A DNA stretch of 64,000 nucleotides from the human T2T-CHM13v2.0 reference genome, Homo sapiens: NCBI RefSeq assembly GCF_009914755.1, contig NC_060929.1; one strand, 5' to 3'. The notes below the pieces were generated by a model that was not told the origin of the DNA, did not search any database, and was given only the letters and a program-made list of their open reading frames with translations. The translations under genes and the position numbers were made by a program. Positions 15,954 to 39,389 of this stretch are shown in pieces (position 1 is the stretch's first letter; every line of letters starts with the position of its first letter).

Positions 15954-17409
15954 CTAAGTAACTGTCTCTTGTATGCATTTAAGCTGCATTCAACTGTATG
16001 TATTTCTCCTATATGTGTTGCTCTGGAAGCCTAAGTCTTGAAACTAGAACCCTTGCCCTGAAATTGAGAAACTCATTGACTACCTCAAGTGCTGGTGCTA
16101 ACCCCAAATTACACTGGAGGTGATTTCTATCTTTACAAGTTCCATCTGAGCTCTGTTACCATCTTGGGCTGCTTTCTCTTCTGCTTTTCATTTCCTTGTT
16201 TGTTTCCTTCGCCCCATACACCATTTCTTTAAATTCTCCTTAACTCCAAAGGCCTGGACAGAAAACAGAAATGCATAAGACTTGATAACTCAGTAGGAGC
16301 TCTGATTTTACCCTGATAACATCTGGACATAGAAAACAGGGAGGAAGTGAACAAGATGCAAATTGCACTCTTCTCCCCACCCAAAGCCATGAGCCCTTCT
16401 CCGGATCCCACTCACATTCCTGAAGCCAACAGACTGCGTGCTCAAGAGGTTTAGGCCTTGAGAACTTCACAGGGGAAAGCCAAGGAAAATGACACTGCTG
16501 AAGCTGATACAGCACATCTGCTTGCCTCATGGCATTAGTCATTGGATTTCTGAAGCACTAAATAATAACTCACAAATTCAAAGCAAGTTATTCATTAAAT
16601 GAACTTTGTGCAAAGATAAATAGGATAGATTAATGAAGACTCTGATGTCTAAGTTTTCAAATTAATTGCATGATTGAGACTGATTAGCAACAAATATTTA
16701 GTTAGAAAAGCAAGTCACACCCTATAGGGTGAAGAGTTCTACCCATTGTCTATTTCCAGAATGGTGAAAAGACTACACCAGTGAACTGCACCAGAGCAAA
16801 GTCCTGGCAGTAACAGAGCCTAGAATTGCCTTTATAGCTGCTGTCAAAAGAGTGGATATCCACGTTAACTATTCTGGATCCTCATTCTGGTCATAGTTTC
16901 ACAGCCAGACTTGTTTATCTGCAGCACAATCATCTCTGATCCCAGAACTTACCAGCTTTCTTACTTTCCTCCATACTAACATTTATTTACCAATTATATT
17001 ATCATCATACAAGTACTGTGTCACAGCTTCTAACATTGCCTAACACACAATTTGGGGAATTAGAAATAGTTACAACAGCTCTAGAGACAAGGTTTTTGAC
17101 TTTATACTATTTTAGATATGTTGTAACAAGTCCTTAAAATTTGAGAGTGCCTATTCTTAGGCTGAATCAGCAAAAATGTATGCCACATAGCAACAGCATT
17201 GTAATTCTAGACCTACTATATTTGGTATGATTACAACTTACGAATTCCAGCATTATAAATTTTAAAGGGTTATATGAAATTGGTTAATTTCATCAATTAG
17301 ATATTGTCTCACTACTCCCTTGTTTTTTCTTTATAGCTTTTTTTTTTTTTTTTTTAGGAGAGAGGATAAATATTTGTGAAACCTCTGGGATACCATTCTA
17401 TGCTAAGTT

Positions 17410-17630
17410 GCTCCAGAGCCAGATTGCCTATGTGGGAAAACAGGCTTCATCATTTATTAACTGAATAACTTTAGTTAAGTATTGAATCTTTGCATTCTTT
17501 GGATTTTCATCTATAAAACAGGAATAATAAAGGTGTTCATTTCTAAAAAATTTAATGAGTTAATACATGTAGAGAACTAAGAAGAGTACTAGGCTCATAA
17601 CATACATACAACAAATGTTACACATTATTA
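17410..17630 (+). mobile_element. MIR
   Basis: ttttcatctataaaacaggaataataa...aatgagttaatacatgt core and tail. Confidence 0.75.
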
Positions 17631-18217
17631 GTATCAGTGTTTGGAAATACACGATACTATATTTCAGCTTTTAAATGGCAAAACAGTGTAAGAAGCAGGG
17701 AAATTTTAAAATGCAAACTGTGACTGCTATCTGTAAGAATAAGTTAAAGATGGGAATCAGGAATATCAGACTTTAGATAATTTTTATAGAAATTTCCAAT
17801 TCAAAGCAATAGCTAAAGTACACAGTATAGAATTTAACAAATGAAGGGCATATTAATGTTGAGAAAAGAAACATTTTGCAAATCTCTAACCTTAATTTCC
17901 CTGCATTTAACACATTTTGACTTTTATATAAACTTCTTATTCAAAGGAAACTTGCTGAAATGTTTGCCCAATGCATCTTCACTTTTTAAATTATAGGATC
18001 TGGTAGTATCTCTATCATTCCTTTCGCCTTGCCTTGACCTATCACCTCTCCTTCTGAATTAAATTTCCACAGTAAAGCATATACTCTCCTTGATTAGCAA
18101 GTCTCTCACATTTTAAATTCAGGAACCTTTTATACTCTTAGAAATTATCAGCTAAGCACAGTGGCATGAGACTGTATTCTAGCAATTTGGAAGGTTGAAA
18201 CAAGAAGATCACTTGAG

Positions 18218-19250
18218 GAGGGCAGCCAAGATGGCCGAATAGGAACAGCTCCGGTCTACAGCTCCCAGCATGAGTGACGCAGAAGACGGGTGATTTCTGC
18301 ATTTCCATCTGAGGTACCAGGTTCATCTCACTAGGGACTGCCAGACAGCGGGCACAGGACAGTGGATGCAGCGCACCGTGTGCGAACCGAAGCAGGGCGA
18401 GGCATTGCCTCCCTCGGGAAGCCCAAGGGGTCAGGGAGTTCCCTTACCTAGTCAAAGAAAGGGGTGACAGACGGCACCTGGAAAATCAGGTCACTCCCAC
18501 CCTAATACCGCGCTTTTCCGATGGGCTTAAAAAACAGCGCACCAGGAGGTTATATCCTGTGCCTGGCTCGGAGGGTCCCATACCCATGGAGTCTCGCTGA
18601 TTGCTAGCACAGCAGTCTGAGATCAAACTGCAAGGTGGCAGCGAGGCTGGGGGAGGGGCGCCTGCCATTGCCCAGGCTTGCTTAGGTAAACAAAGCAGCC
18701 GGAAAGCTTGAACTGGGTGGAGCCCACCACAGTGCAAGGAGGCCTGCCTGCCTCTGTAGGCTCCACCTCTGGGGGCAGGGCACAGACAAACAAAAAGACA
18801 GCAGTAACCTCTGCAGACTTAAATGTCCCTGTCTGACAGCTTTGAAGAGAGTAGTGGTTCTCCCAGCACGCAGCTGGAGATCTGAGAACGGGCAGACTGA
18901 CTTCTCAAGTGGGTCCCAGACCCCTGGCCCCCGAGCAGCCTAACTGGGAGGCACCCCCAGTAGTGGCAGACTGACACCGCACACAGCCGGGTACTCCTCT
19001 GAGACAAAACTTCCAGAGGAACGATCAGATAGCAGCATTCGCGGTACATGAAAATCCGCTGTTCTGCAGCCACTGCTGCTGTTACCCAGGCAAAGAAAGT
19101 CTGGAGTGGACCTCTACCAAACTCCAACAGACCTGCAGCTGAGGGTCCTGTCTGTTAGAAGGAAAACTAACAAACAGAAAGGACATCCATACCAAAAACA
19201 CATCTGTACATCACCATCATCAAAGACCAAAGGTAGATAAAACCACAAAG
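18218..19250 (+). promoter_or_regulatory. L1 5'UTR sense and antisense promoter, including the ~129 bp ZNF93-bound segment (18998-19125)
   Basis: UTR is 1033 nt; the extra segment lies between two actcc repeats and contains ctgcagccactgctgctg. Confidence 0.85.
18486..18668 (-). pseudogene. L1 ORF0, truncated to 60 aa
   Basis: MAGAPPPASLPPCSLISDCCASNQRDS...IRVGVT followed by a premature TGA. Confidence 0.85.
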
Positions 19251-20267
19251 ATAGGGAAAAAACAGAGCAGAAAAACTGGAATCTCTAAAAAGCAGAGCGC
19301 CACTCCTCCTCCAAAGGAATGCAGTTCCTCACCAGCAACGGAACAAAGCTGGATGGAGAATGACTTTGACGAGCTGAGAGAAGAAGGCTTCAGACGATCA
19401 AACTACTCCGAGCTACAAGAGGAAATTCAAACCAAAGGCAAAGAAGTTAAAAACTTTGAAAAAAATTTAGACAAATGTATAACTAGAATAACCAATACAG
19501 AGAAGTCCTTAAAGGAGCTGACGGAGCTGAAAGCCAAGGCTCGAGAACTACGTGAAGAATGCAGAAGCCTTAGGAGTCGATGCAATCAACTGGAAGAAAG
19601 GGTGTCAGTGATGGAAGATGAAATGAATGAAATGAAGCGAGAAGGGAAGTTTAGAGAAAAAAGAATAAAAAGAAACAAACAAAGCCTCCAAGAAATATGG
19701 GACTATGTGAAAAGACCAAATCTACGTCTGATTGGTGTACCTGAAAGTGACGGGGAGAATGGAACCAAGTTGGAAAACACTCTGCAGGATAATATCCACA
19801 AGAACTTCCCCAATCTAGCAAGGCAGGCCAACATTCAAATTCAGGAAATACAGAGAACTCCACAAAGATACTCCTCAAGAAGAGCAACTCCAAGACACAT
19901 AATTGTCAGATTCTCCAAAGTTGAAATGAAGGAAAAAATGTTAAGGGCAGCCAGAGAGAAAGGTCAGGTTACCCTCAAAGGGAAGCCCATCAGACTAACA
20001 GCGGATCTCTCGACAGAAACTCTACAAGCCAGAAGAGAGTGGGGGCCAATATTCAACATTCTTAAAGAAAAGAATTTTCAACCCAGAATTTCATATCCAG
20101 CCAAACTAAGCTTCATAAATGAAGGAGAAATAAAATCCTTTACAGACAAGCAAATGCTGAGAGATTTTGTCACCACCAGGCCTGCCCTAAAAGAGCTCCT
20201 GAAGGAAGCGCTAAACATGGAAAGGAACAACCGGTACCAGCCACTGAAAAACCATGCCAAACTGTAA
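19251..20267 (+). pseudogene. L1 ORF1, frame open but start codon ATG>ATA
   Basis: 1017 nt without internal stops; 19251 reads ATA GGG AAA; first ATG at 19353 gives 304 aa. Confidence 0.92.
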
Positions 20268-20330
20268 AGACCATCGAGGCTAGGAAGAAACTGCATCAAC
20301 TAACGAGCAAAATCACCAGCTAACATCATA

Positions 20331-24156
<3,826 letters not shown>

Positions 24157-24386
24157 ACAATGAGAACACATGGACACAGGAAGGGGAACATCACACACCG
24201 GGGACTGTTGTGGGGTAGGGTGAAGGGGGTGGGATAGCATTAGGAGATATACCTAATGCTAAATGACGAGTTAATGGGTGCAGCACACCAGCATGGCACA
24301 TGTATACATATGTAACTAACCTGCACATTGTGCACATGTACCCTAAAACTTAAAGTGTAATAATAATAAAATAAAAAATTTTTTAA

Positions 24387-30750
<6,364 letters not shown>

Positions 30751-30814
30751 GAAGGATACAAAGGAGGAAAGGATGTAGAAAGATTGATTTCAAAAGTTTT
30801 TCGAAAAGAAATGA

Positions 30815-31255
30815 CAAGGGTCTCTGAAGAACTTTTATGGATATGGATTATATCTGCCAATATTTACTATAATTTATATTGATTAAATTGAAAAATTAAA
30901 CAATATTTACTTACTCATTTTAAAATAACCATAATAAACCATTACCTGTTCACTATTAATGACATATTTTATTTAAAACCAAAAATTTAGGGAGAAAGTA
31001 GTATTTTCCATTTTTACCAATCTCTTAAATGTTTAGCTAATAGAAAGAAGACAATGAGCTTCTCATATTTGCTTATACCTTTAATCTTCTACAACATCTC
31101 TGGTTATGTAGCCTCTGGAAAAACTCCACAATAATACACTTGTTATAAGTATGAAGGGCATTGATATTTCAGCATTATTATGAAAATAATTTTGAACTTT
31201 CAGATCTCTCAGAAGTATTCTCAAGAGATCCCAGAAAACCATGTGAATAACCACT
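30815..31255. mobile_element. hAT-Charlie DNA transposon relic (MER119/Charlie7-like)
   Basis: aataaaccattac...aaaatttagggagaaagtagt...ttattatgaaaataattttgaac resembles the recalled consensus. Confidence 0.6.
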
Positions 31256-32595
31256 ATCCTTGAGTGTTCATGTGTTATCTAGCAAATATGTATCCCACAG
31301 TATTGTGCACTATGAGGTACAGGAGAAAAACGAGATAATAAAACCTCTTTAAAAAAATTTATATTCTCACTAAAGAGATTCAAAATATACATATTCAAAA
31401 TTTCATGACATTTTAAGGCAGTTCCTTTTTTTTCTTTCCTTTCCTATACTATGTTAAGAAGCGTATATGCATTAGCTTCTTAGGTGAGGTTATATAGATC
31501 ATAAAATTAGGGGGAAAGCCAAAATAGTTCAAAAAAGGAAAAAAACCACTGTAGCCTGAGAATATTTCAAGAGTGGAGAAGTGACTCAAATTGAACCCAA
31601 AATAATCAGTAAGACATAAATGGAAATTAAGTATTTGAGAAGGAGATTTCAAACAGCATGACATAGCAGGTGCACTCATGGTTCTTTCAGAAGTTGCAGA
31701 GGAAACACATGTAAAGGCAAAATGAAAGATAGAATTAGACTGGGACTTAATTGTGGAAATATCTGAATTATAAATTGAGGATGTCAGAGTCCTTATGTAA
31801 GTAATGGGAATCACAAATGCTTTGGACATTGGAGTAAAGTGAAAAGTGTAGTCTAGATAAAAAAGAAAGAGGATTGGAAAGTGGGAGAAGAAGTTGGGAA
31901 AGGATGAAATCATATAGGCATTGCGCAGCCAATCAAAAACATTTTAAGGAATTTTAGATTTTGTGGACTAGAGCTAGATGATATATTCCACTGCCACTAA
32001 CCACTTTAACAGCATCAGTAGCCAGGCCCCCTCACCACACAAAATTGAGAAAGATTGGATAGCATATATCACAAACACCCACATAAATTCTGAACAGCAA
32101 CAATTTGCAAAATCTGTAAACCATCACATAATTCAGTCCTCTGGGTTTCACCACTGTCCAAATATCCTATAATTAATAGCTTTAATCCTTGCCATGAAAC
32201 ACCTACCTCTGAGAGGGACCAACCATTCACTTGGGGGCTTGCAATGTGACAAGTTACCATTGGCACTTTCTGCTAGCTTCTAGGGCATGCTATCATCTAG
32301 ATTTATCTGACCATTATAGTTTCCATTCTAGCCAATACTTTTTAAACCAGGGAATAAGTAGGAAATGGGAAATTAATATCAGCAGTCATCATTTTGTTCT
32401 ACGTTATGATCTTTTTGTGGTCAAAATTATTATTGCTATTATTATTATTACTATTATTTATAGCGTGCTTACCATGGGTCAGCTATTTTCCTAAGCAAAG
32501 GGAACATTTTAATCACTTGTAAAATGGTTTTTCAGAGGTGCTACTTAGTGAGTTGTTTTTCTGTCTTACTAGCTGGAACTGGATATATGCCATTC

Positions 32596-32909
<314 letters not shown>

Positions 32910-33049
32910 AGGATATATGCCATTCCTAACTGCAATCTGGAAAGATGAATCTTCTAGTTTTCCAGCATTTCTAGTAGAGGAAATCAGGGAAAAGGTGGCT
33001 GTAAATGGCCTTGGTGCTAACAGTTACAGAATCTGTCATAATACCAAAG

Positions 33050-33300
33050 CATGGCAGCATTATTGCTTTTGTGGGCCCTTGGTACTTTTACCTTTGTGAG
33101 TCTCTTTCTCTGTGAAAATATCAATATACATCTTTATTGTGACAAAATAATATTTTGTGTCTATCTTGATATAAAGATGAATGTATTAAAATAATTATTT
33201 CAACCTAAAAGCTTATTTTTTCTTCTGGTTTTAAAAAAGTTTAAAATTTCTTGTGGGCTCCTAAAAGTATTGTTGGCTATAACCCTATTGTGTCTAATGA
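33050..33300. mobile_element. hAT-Tip100 relic (MER96B-like)
   Basis: gggcccttggtacttttacc...gtgggctcctaaaagtattgt...tgtgtctaatga. Confidence 0.55.
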
Positions 33301-33304
33301 TTGA

Positions 33305-36300
33305 TATTTAGCACTCTAAACTTTCCTCTTGAAACTGTTTTAGCTGTGTCCCAGAGATTCTGGTAGGTTGTATATTTGTTTTCATTATTTTTAAAGAATT
33401 TCTTCATTTCTGTCTTAATTTCATTGTTTACCTAGAAGTCATTCAGGAGCAGATTGTTTAACGTCCATGTAGTTGTATGGTTTTGAGAGACTTTCTTAGT
33501 ATTAATGTCTATTTTTATTGCCCTGCAGTGCAAGAGTGTCATTGGTATGATTTTTTTTTAAATTTGTTGAGTATTGCTTTGTGGTTTACTATGTAGTTAA
33601 TTTTAGAGTATGTGCCATATGTAAACGAGAAGAATGTATATTCTGTTGTTGTTGGGTGGAGTGTTCTGTAGATGTCTGTTAAGTCCATTTCATCAAATGT
33701 CAAGTTTAGGTCCCAAATATCTTTGTTAGTGTTCTGCCTCAATGATTCTTAGTATGATTAATACTTGGTATTTGTATTAATACTGTCTTGGTATTCGTGT
33801 TAATACTGTTTTAGTATTAATATTGTCAGTGGGCTGTTGAAGTCTCCCACTATTATTGTGTGGTTATCTAAATCTCTTTGCAGGTCTCTAAGACTCCCTC
33901 TTTGTCTTTTATTATCACTGTTGTTTTCAAAAGGTTTAAAGTCTCTTTTGCCTGAAATTAAAAGAGCAACCCCTGCTTTTTTGTTTACCATTTGCTTGGT
34001 AGATTTTTTTCCATCCCTTTACTTTGAGCCTATGAGCATCATTGCATGTGAAATGGATCTCTTGAAGACAACATACAGTTGGGTGTTTCTTCTTTATACA
34101 ACTTTCCACTCCGCTCCACTCCTTGCCTTTTAAGTGGAGTGTTAAGCTTATTTACATTCAAGGTTAATATGGATATGTTCAAATTTTATCCTGTCATCAC
34201 ATTGTTAGCTAGTGTTTATGCAGACTTGATTAGGTAGTTGCTTTAGTGTCAATGGTCTATATACATAAGAGTGTTTTGTGGTGGCCAGTAATGGTCTTTT
34301 GTTTCCATGTTTAGCATTCCCTTAAGGACCTCTTGTTAGGCAGGTCTGGTAGTGACAAATTCCCTTAGCATTTGCTTGTCTGAAAAGGATTTTATTTCTC
34401 CTTCACTTATTAAGCTTAGTTTGGCTGGATATGAAATTCTTGGTTGGAATTTATTTTCTTTAAGAATGCTGAATATGGGCCCCCATTCCCTTCTGGCTTG
34501 TAAAGTTTCTGCTGAAAGGTCCACTGTTAGTCTGATGAGGTTCCCTTTGTAGGTGGCCTGCCCCTTCCCTCTAGCTGCCTTTAATGTTTATTCTTTTATG
34601 TTGACCTTGGAGAATCTGATAATTATGTGTATTGGGAATGGTCATCTTGTAAGTATCATGCTGGGGTTCTCTGAATTCCCTCAATTTGAATGTTGACCTC
34701 TCCAGTGAGATTGGGGAAGTTTCCAAGGACAACATCCTCAAATATATTTTCAAAGTTGCTTGTTTTCTTTCCCTCTCTTTCAGGGATGACAATAAGTTAC
34801 AAGTTTAATCAGTCTCTCTACATAATCTCATATTTCTTGGAGATTTTGTTCATTCTTACTTTTCTTTCTTCATTTTTGTCTGACTGAGTTGATTCAAAGA
34901 ACCCATCTTCAAGCTCTGAGATGCTTTCCTCAGCTTGGCCTGTTCTGCTGTTAATACTTCCAGAGTCGTATTATGAAATTCTTGTAGTGAGTTTTTCAGC
35001 TATATCAGTTTAGTTAGGTTCTTTCCTAAAATGGCTATTTCATCTTTCACCTCTTGTATCATTTTACTGGATTCCTCAAATCCCTTGGATTGGGTTTCAA
35101 CTTTCTCCTGAATCTCGATGATTTTCGTTGCCATCCAAATTCTGAATTCTAAATATATCATTTCAACCATTTCAGCCTGGTTAATAACCATTACTGGGGT
35201 GCTAGTGCAGTTGTTTAGAGGAAAGAAGACACTGGCTTTTTGAGTTGCCAGATTTCTTGCCCTGGTTCTTTCTCATCTGTGTAAACTGATATTTCTTTAA
35301 TCTTTGAAGTTGTTGTCCTCTGGAAGGGGATCTTTGCTTTTATATTATTTTATGCCATTGGGGTTTGATTTTAGTTTCAGTCTACTGGCTTCATTTCTGG
35401 ATGATATTGGGGGGCCCAGACTCAGCTCAGTACTCCCGGGCTGCATGCTGTAACTCCTGGGCTGCATGCTAGGGGGCTGGGTCCAGGCCCCCAGCTTTGT
35501 TCTCTTGTCCCTCAAGGTTAAGCAGCTGCTGCAGTGGAGAGACTGAGATATTCCTGATCAATTGGCAACAACACTCTAGTAGGGAATGCCAGCAAAGCAC
35601 TTCACTGGGCCTTGGCAGCAGGGGGTCAATGCTTATGTGCATGTGCCAGCAGCAGCCAGGCAGTGGCATGGCAGGATCTGTGCACACACTTACACCACTG
35701 GCAGCAGGGCAGTAGGGTTTGTGCACATGTACATTCCACTGACAGTGAGGCAGCAAAGTCCAGGCATGTGCATGCCAGCAAAGTGGTAGGGGGAGGCCAC
35801 AGGTGAGTTCATGTGAGCAAAGTGGTGATGGAGGCTGTGAGTGGGTGTGCGGTGATGAGGTCTGTCTGCTGGAGCTCTCTGATGGTAAATTGGGGTCTGC
35901 CAGTGACAGAACAATGACGGCAGCTGCTGGGATGTGGCCTGGTTGGGCATCCAAGGCCACGCAGCCAGAAAGGGACCCTGGAAGGGGCCGGCAGACAGCA
36001 GGGCACTCAGATCAGACTGGCCCCATCCCAAGGCAAGACAGCCCTGCTCTGTCCAGGTCTACTGGATAAGAAAGGCCAAAACCACCTGGAGGAGCATGGC
36101 AGGCCTTGGTAGATGGGCATACATAGCTGTGCTACATTGCAGCCATTCCCACATCAAACTCTCTGGGCTCCACACAGGCTAGAGTCCAGTTCCTGCCACT
36201 TCTCCAAGCAGTTTTTCCTGCGAGCCCAAATGTCCATGGGGGTCGTGGGGTCTCCTGCAGTGAGGATTTCAGAAGTCTGCGGTAAGAGTGGGCCATTCCT

Positions 36301-36500
36301 CCCCTATTCAACTCAGTCTTTCCCTAAGAGGCACTGGGGGCTGGGAATGAGTCCTTGTACTCAGCAGCCCCATATAGGATCCCCAGTTTCCTCCCTCTTT
36401 GGCCCAGGGTCTGCATCCTCTCTCTGTCAGCTCTCAAGGACTTAGTTATGAAGACCTGCTCAACGTGTGCCAATCTTCTTGATGGTCCAGTCTCTTGGTC
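33305..36500 (-). mobile_element. 5' half of an old L1P (PA15/16-like): 5'UTR, ORF1 and endonuclease domain
   Basis: Minus-strand peptides DLSAETLQARREWGPIF and IIVGDFNSPL; GC-rich UTR at 35400-36500. Confidence 0.9.
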
Positions 36501-37003
36501 AGTATTTTAATATAAATTGATAAAACTCCATTTCCTGGAATTCTCCTTATGGATCTTCTGGCACCTGCAGGTCACCAAGCAACAGAGCTATGGCAGAGCC
36601 ACCTGTCCTCACCAAGCAGAGGGGATGGAGCAGTGGAGATCCACCAGAACCCTGTGGGCGGAAATAATCCACATATATTTCTTATGTTCTCTTCGGTGAT
36701 AACCAAACTGAGCATCAGGAAGCCTGATTGCCTTGACCAAAGTAACACACCTTCATTGTTCTCTCGGCCATGAGAGAAGCTTGAGCTGAGTGGAGGGCAA
36801 ATCCCAAGAGTTCCAGCACCTGGCTGTGTAGTCTGGGTTGGGGCTGGAGAGCACCATCTTGGATGCAGCAAGATCTAGGGAAGTGCCTGACATGGTAGCA
36901 GCCACATGTCATGGGCTGGGTTGGAGACTGGCCTTCTCAGAGTAAAGACAATGCACTGTCCTGCACACCACACTAGCAGCTAGTCATTTTGGAATAGAAA
37001 AAT

Positions 37004-37182
37004 AATATAAGGTCTTTATTTTTTTTATAAAAGGGCTCAAATTATTTTTGTCTCCAATGTCTTTTGAGAAACAGTCAAGGTCTTCTGTGAAAGAGAATAT
37101 AAAGTCTTTATATTGTTTATAAAAGGGCTCAAATTATTTTTGTCTCCAAAGTCTTTTGAGAAACAGTCAAGGTCTTCTATGA
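37004..37182. repeat. 92 bp period tandem duplication
   Basis: ataaaagggctcaaattatttttgtctccaa.gtcttttgagaaacagtcaaggtcttct occurs twice. Confidence 0.95.
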
Positions 37183-37392
37183 CTTCAAATTCACTTCTTG
37201 CCACCAGGCCAAGCCTATGATGCAATCTAGATGTACTAAGGAGTTTAAAGTTTCCAAATATACCGTGTTAACTGGTTCATGTTTCTATAACTCTGTGCAG
37301 ATTAATTTCAATTTTCCCTTTTTGTGTATTATAAAGTGTATTACAAAAATTATTTATCATTAGTATATCATGATATCAGAGAATATCTGGAG

Positions 37393-37442
37393 CTTTAGGG
37401 AAGAGAAGAAATTCAACTTTAGGGAAGAGAAGAGAATTTCAA
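37393..37442. repeat. 24 bp tandem duplication
   Basis: ctttagggaagagaaga..ttcaa occurs twice. Confidence 0.9.
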
Positions 37443-37780
37443 CTTGCAATAAACACAGTGACAGAGAGAGGCACCGGAATGCATGTTCCACGAAGAGACA
37501 GAAATTTTTTCTATCATTCATCAGTGTACCCAGGACCTTGCCAGATAAACAGTGGAGACTACATGCATCTGCTGAAATCTGCATGCAAAGTCCTATAAGG
37601 TATTCAAAGAGGTATACAAATTGTGGCTTCCTAGAACACTTATTGTTCTATGTGACCCTTGATTCAACCTTTAATATAAATGTTAAATCTCAGAAAGTCA
37701 AAATGAGCTTCAAGAAGATATTTGTGAATAATTTGTACTAGTCACATTAACCAAACAAAAGTTTATATTTACAATGCATA

Positions 37781-37895
37781 AATGCTTAGTACTCAAGTAA
37801 CGAAATAATCTGTATGCCAAACCCCCAAGCCACAAGTTTACCCATATAACAAACCTGCACATGTATCCCTGAACCCAAAATAAAAGTTAAAATAT
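37781..37895 (+). mobile_element. Short L1PA/PB 3' tail
   Basis: gtttacccatataacaaacctgcacatgtatccctgaacccaaaataaaag. Confidence 0.85.
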
Positions 37896-38499
37896 TTTTT
37901 AAATGCCTAAATTGTGTATAGTAAATTTTGAAAAGATTTTAGAATAAATAATAAAGAAAATATGTTCAATAAATAATCCATGTAAAAGCAACTAAAATAA
38001 AAACTTCTCTATAAGCTAAGCATATGCCAAATTGAGAACAGACTTGTGGTAGTAGAAAGTGTAATATGAATACCAAATGGATTGTGTACATCGCATTATT
38101 TCATCACAAGATAATTCAGGCAAAATTGTTGGTTGCAATTCTAGTCCCACAATCTATGGATGATTCAGTGTCCTCTAATCAGGACTCAAACCCAGTTCAT
38201 CTAATACTGAATAATGATATCTTTATAGAAATTTAAACCTAATTCCTAATCCCAAATGACTAAAATATTGTGTATTATTTCTTATTCTCAAAAAGTCTGT
38301 GGCTATAAAAGAAGTTTAGCGTCATGTACAGACATGGCTATAGCATGGGCCAATAGACACATGTAAGGTGCTCATATGCAGGGGCGATTTGTACTTCTTT
38401 GTGCCACTGGTGCTTAGCAGTGTTTGGAATATACATATGTTCAATAAATGAACAAAGAATAAATGAAGCATGGATGAATTAAGTAACCCCTAGGCAATG

Positions 38500-39230
38500 A
38501 CTGTTAACGGTTGCTGAAACAATTGGATCAAAAGCCGTTGAGAGGCTCTACAATATATGAATCGGGCTGAAAACACCTGATCCTACTTATCAATCTTAAT
38601 ATCACAAGCTAGAGACAATGAGACAGTATGGGCCTCCTGATGTGATGCAAAGGAAAGCACATAACATGAAATAGTGTGCTGAAAAGTTAACCTGAATCTG
38701 CTCACCCCCTATGCCTTTCTATCAGTTTACAAGATACGCAAGGACAGAGAAATGTTACCTGCCACTTAGAATGCTATCAGCAAAATCCAAAATGTGGGAA
38801 TAGCTATGATATGAACAAGCAAGTTTCTTCAACAAATAACTTATAAGGAAAATAAAAGGGAAAGATAACCTATGGATCAGACTGTGAGATGTGGAGGGGG
38901 AAATACTGTCAAAAGAACAGAAAATTAGGGAAAATTAAATATTGAATATGGATAACACTAAAGAATTACTGTTATTTTTCAGCCTGATACTATTTTGCTT
39001 AAGTTAAAAATAAATTAAACAGAATCACTTTTCTTTTAGAGTCTCGTACTGAAGTATTTGCAAATAAAATGATATGTAGTCTTGAATTTCCTTAAAAATA
39101 ATATAATGGGATAGAAGTGAGTGCAGGCAAGTTCAGCTATGTGTTACTAATTATTAAAGCTGCTTGACTGATACATAGAGATGCTTTTTACTTGTTTTTC
39201 TACTGTAAATGTGTGCTAATTTTTAAAAAT
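38500..39230 (+). mobile_element. L1ME 3'UTR fragment
   Basis: tcaatcttaatatcac...cctcctgatgtgatgca...actgaagtatttgcaaataaaatgatatg. Confidence 0.65.
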
Positions 39231-39389
39231 ATAATTCAGTAATAGTAAAGCTCCATACACACTATCTAGCACAAAGTAAGCACTTAATGAATGTTAGCTA
39301 ATATAATTTTTTTTAAAAAGTGCTGTGTGGATAGTGCTTACATGCATCTGTTTACTTTGTGCAAGTGTATGTATAATGTAATTCTGTTA

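Noticed and set aside
35469-36445. Cluster of overlapping GC-rich ORFs
   Set aside because: Lies in an old L1 5'UTR, where GC content suppresses stop codons
36550-36980. Possible old LTR or exon in GC-richer unique sequence
   Set aside because: No recognisable termini, family motif or convincing splice pair
37004-37182. CRISPR-like repeat array
   Set aside because: Only two adjacent copies, no spacers, eukaryotic context
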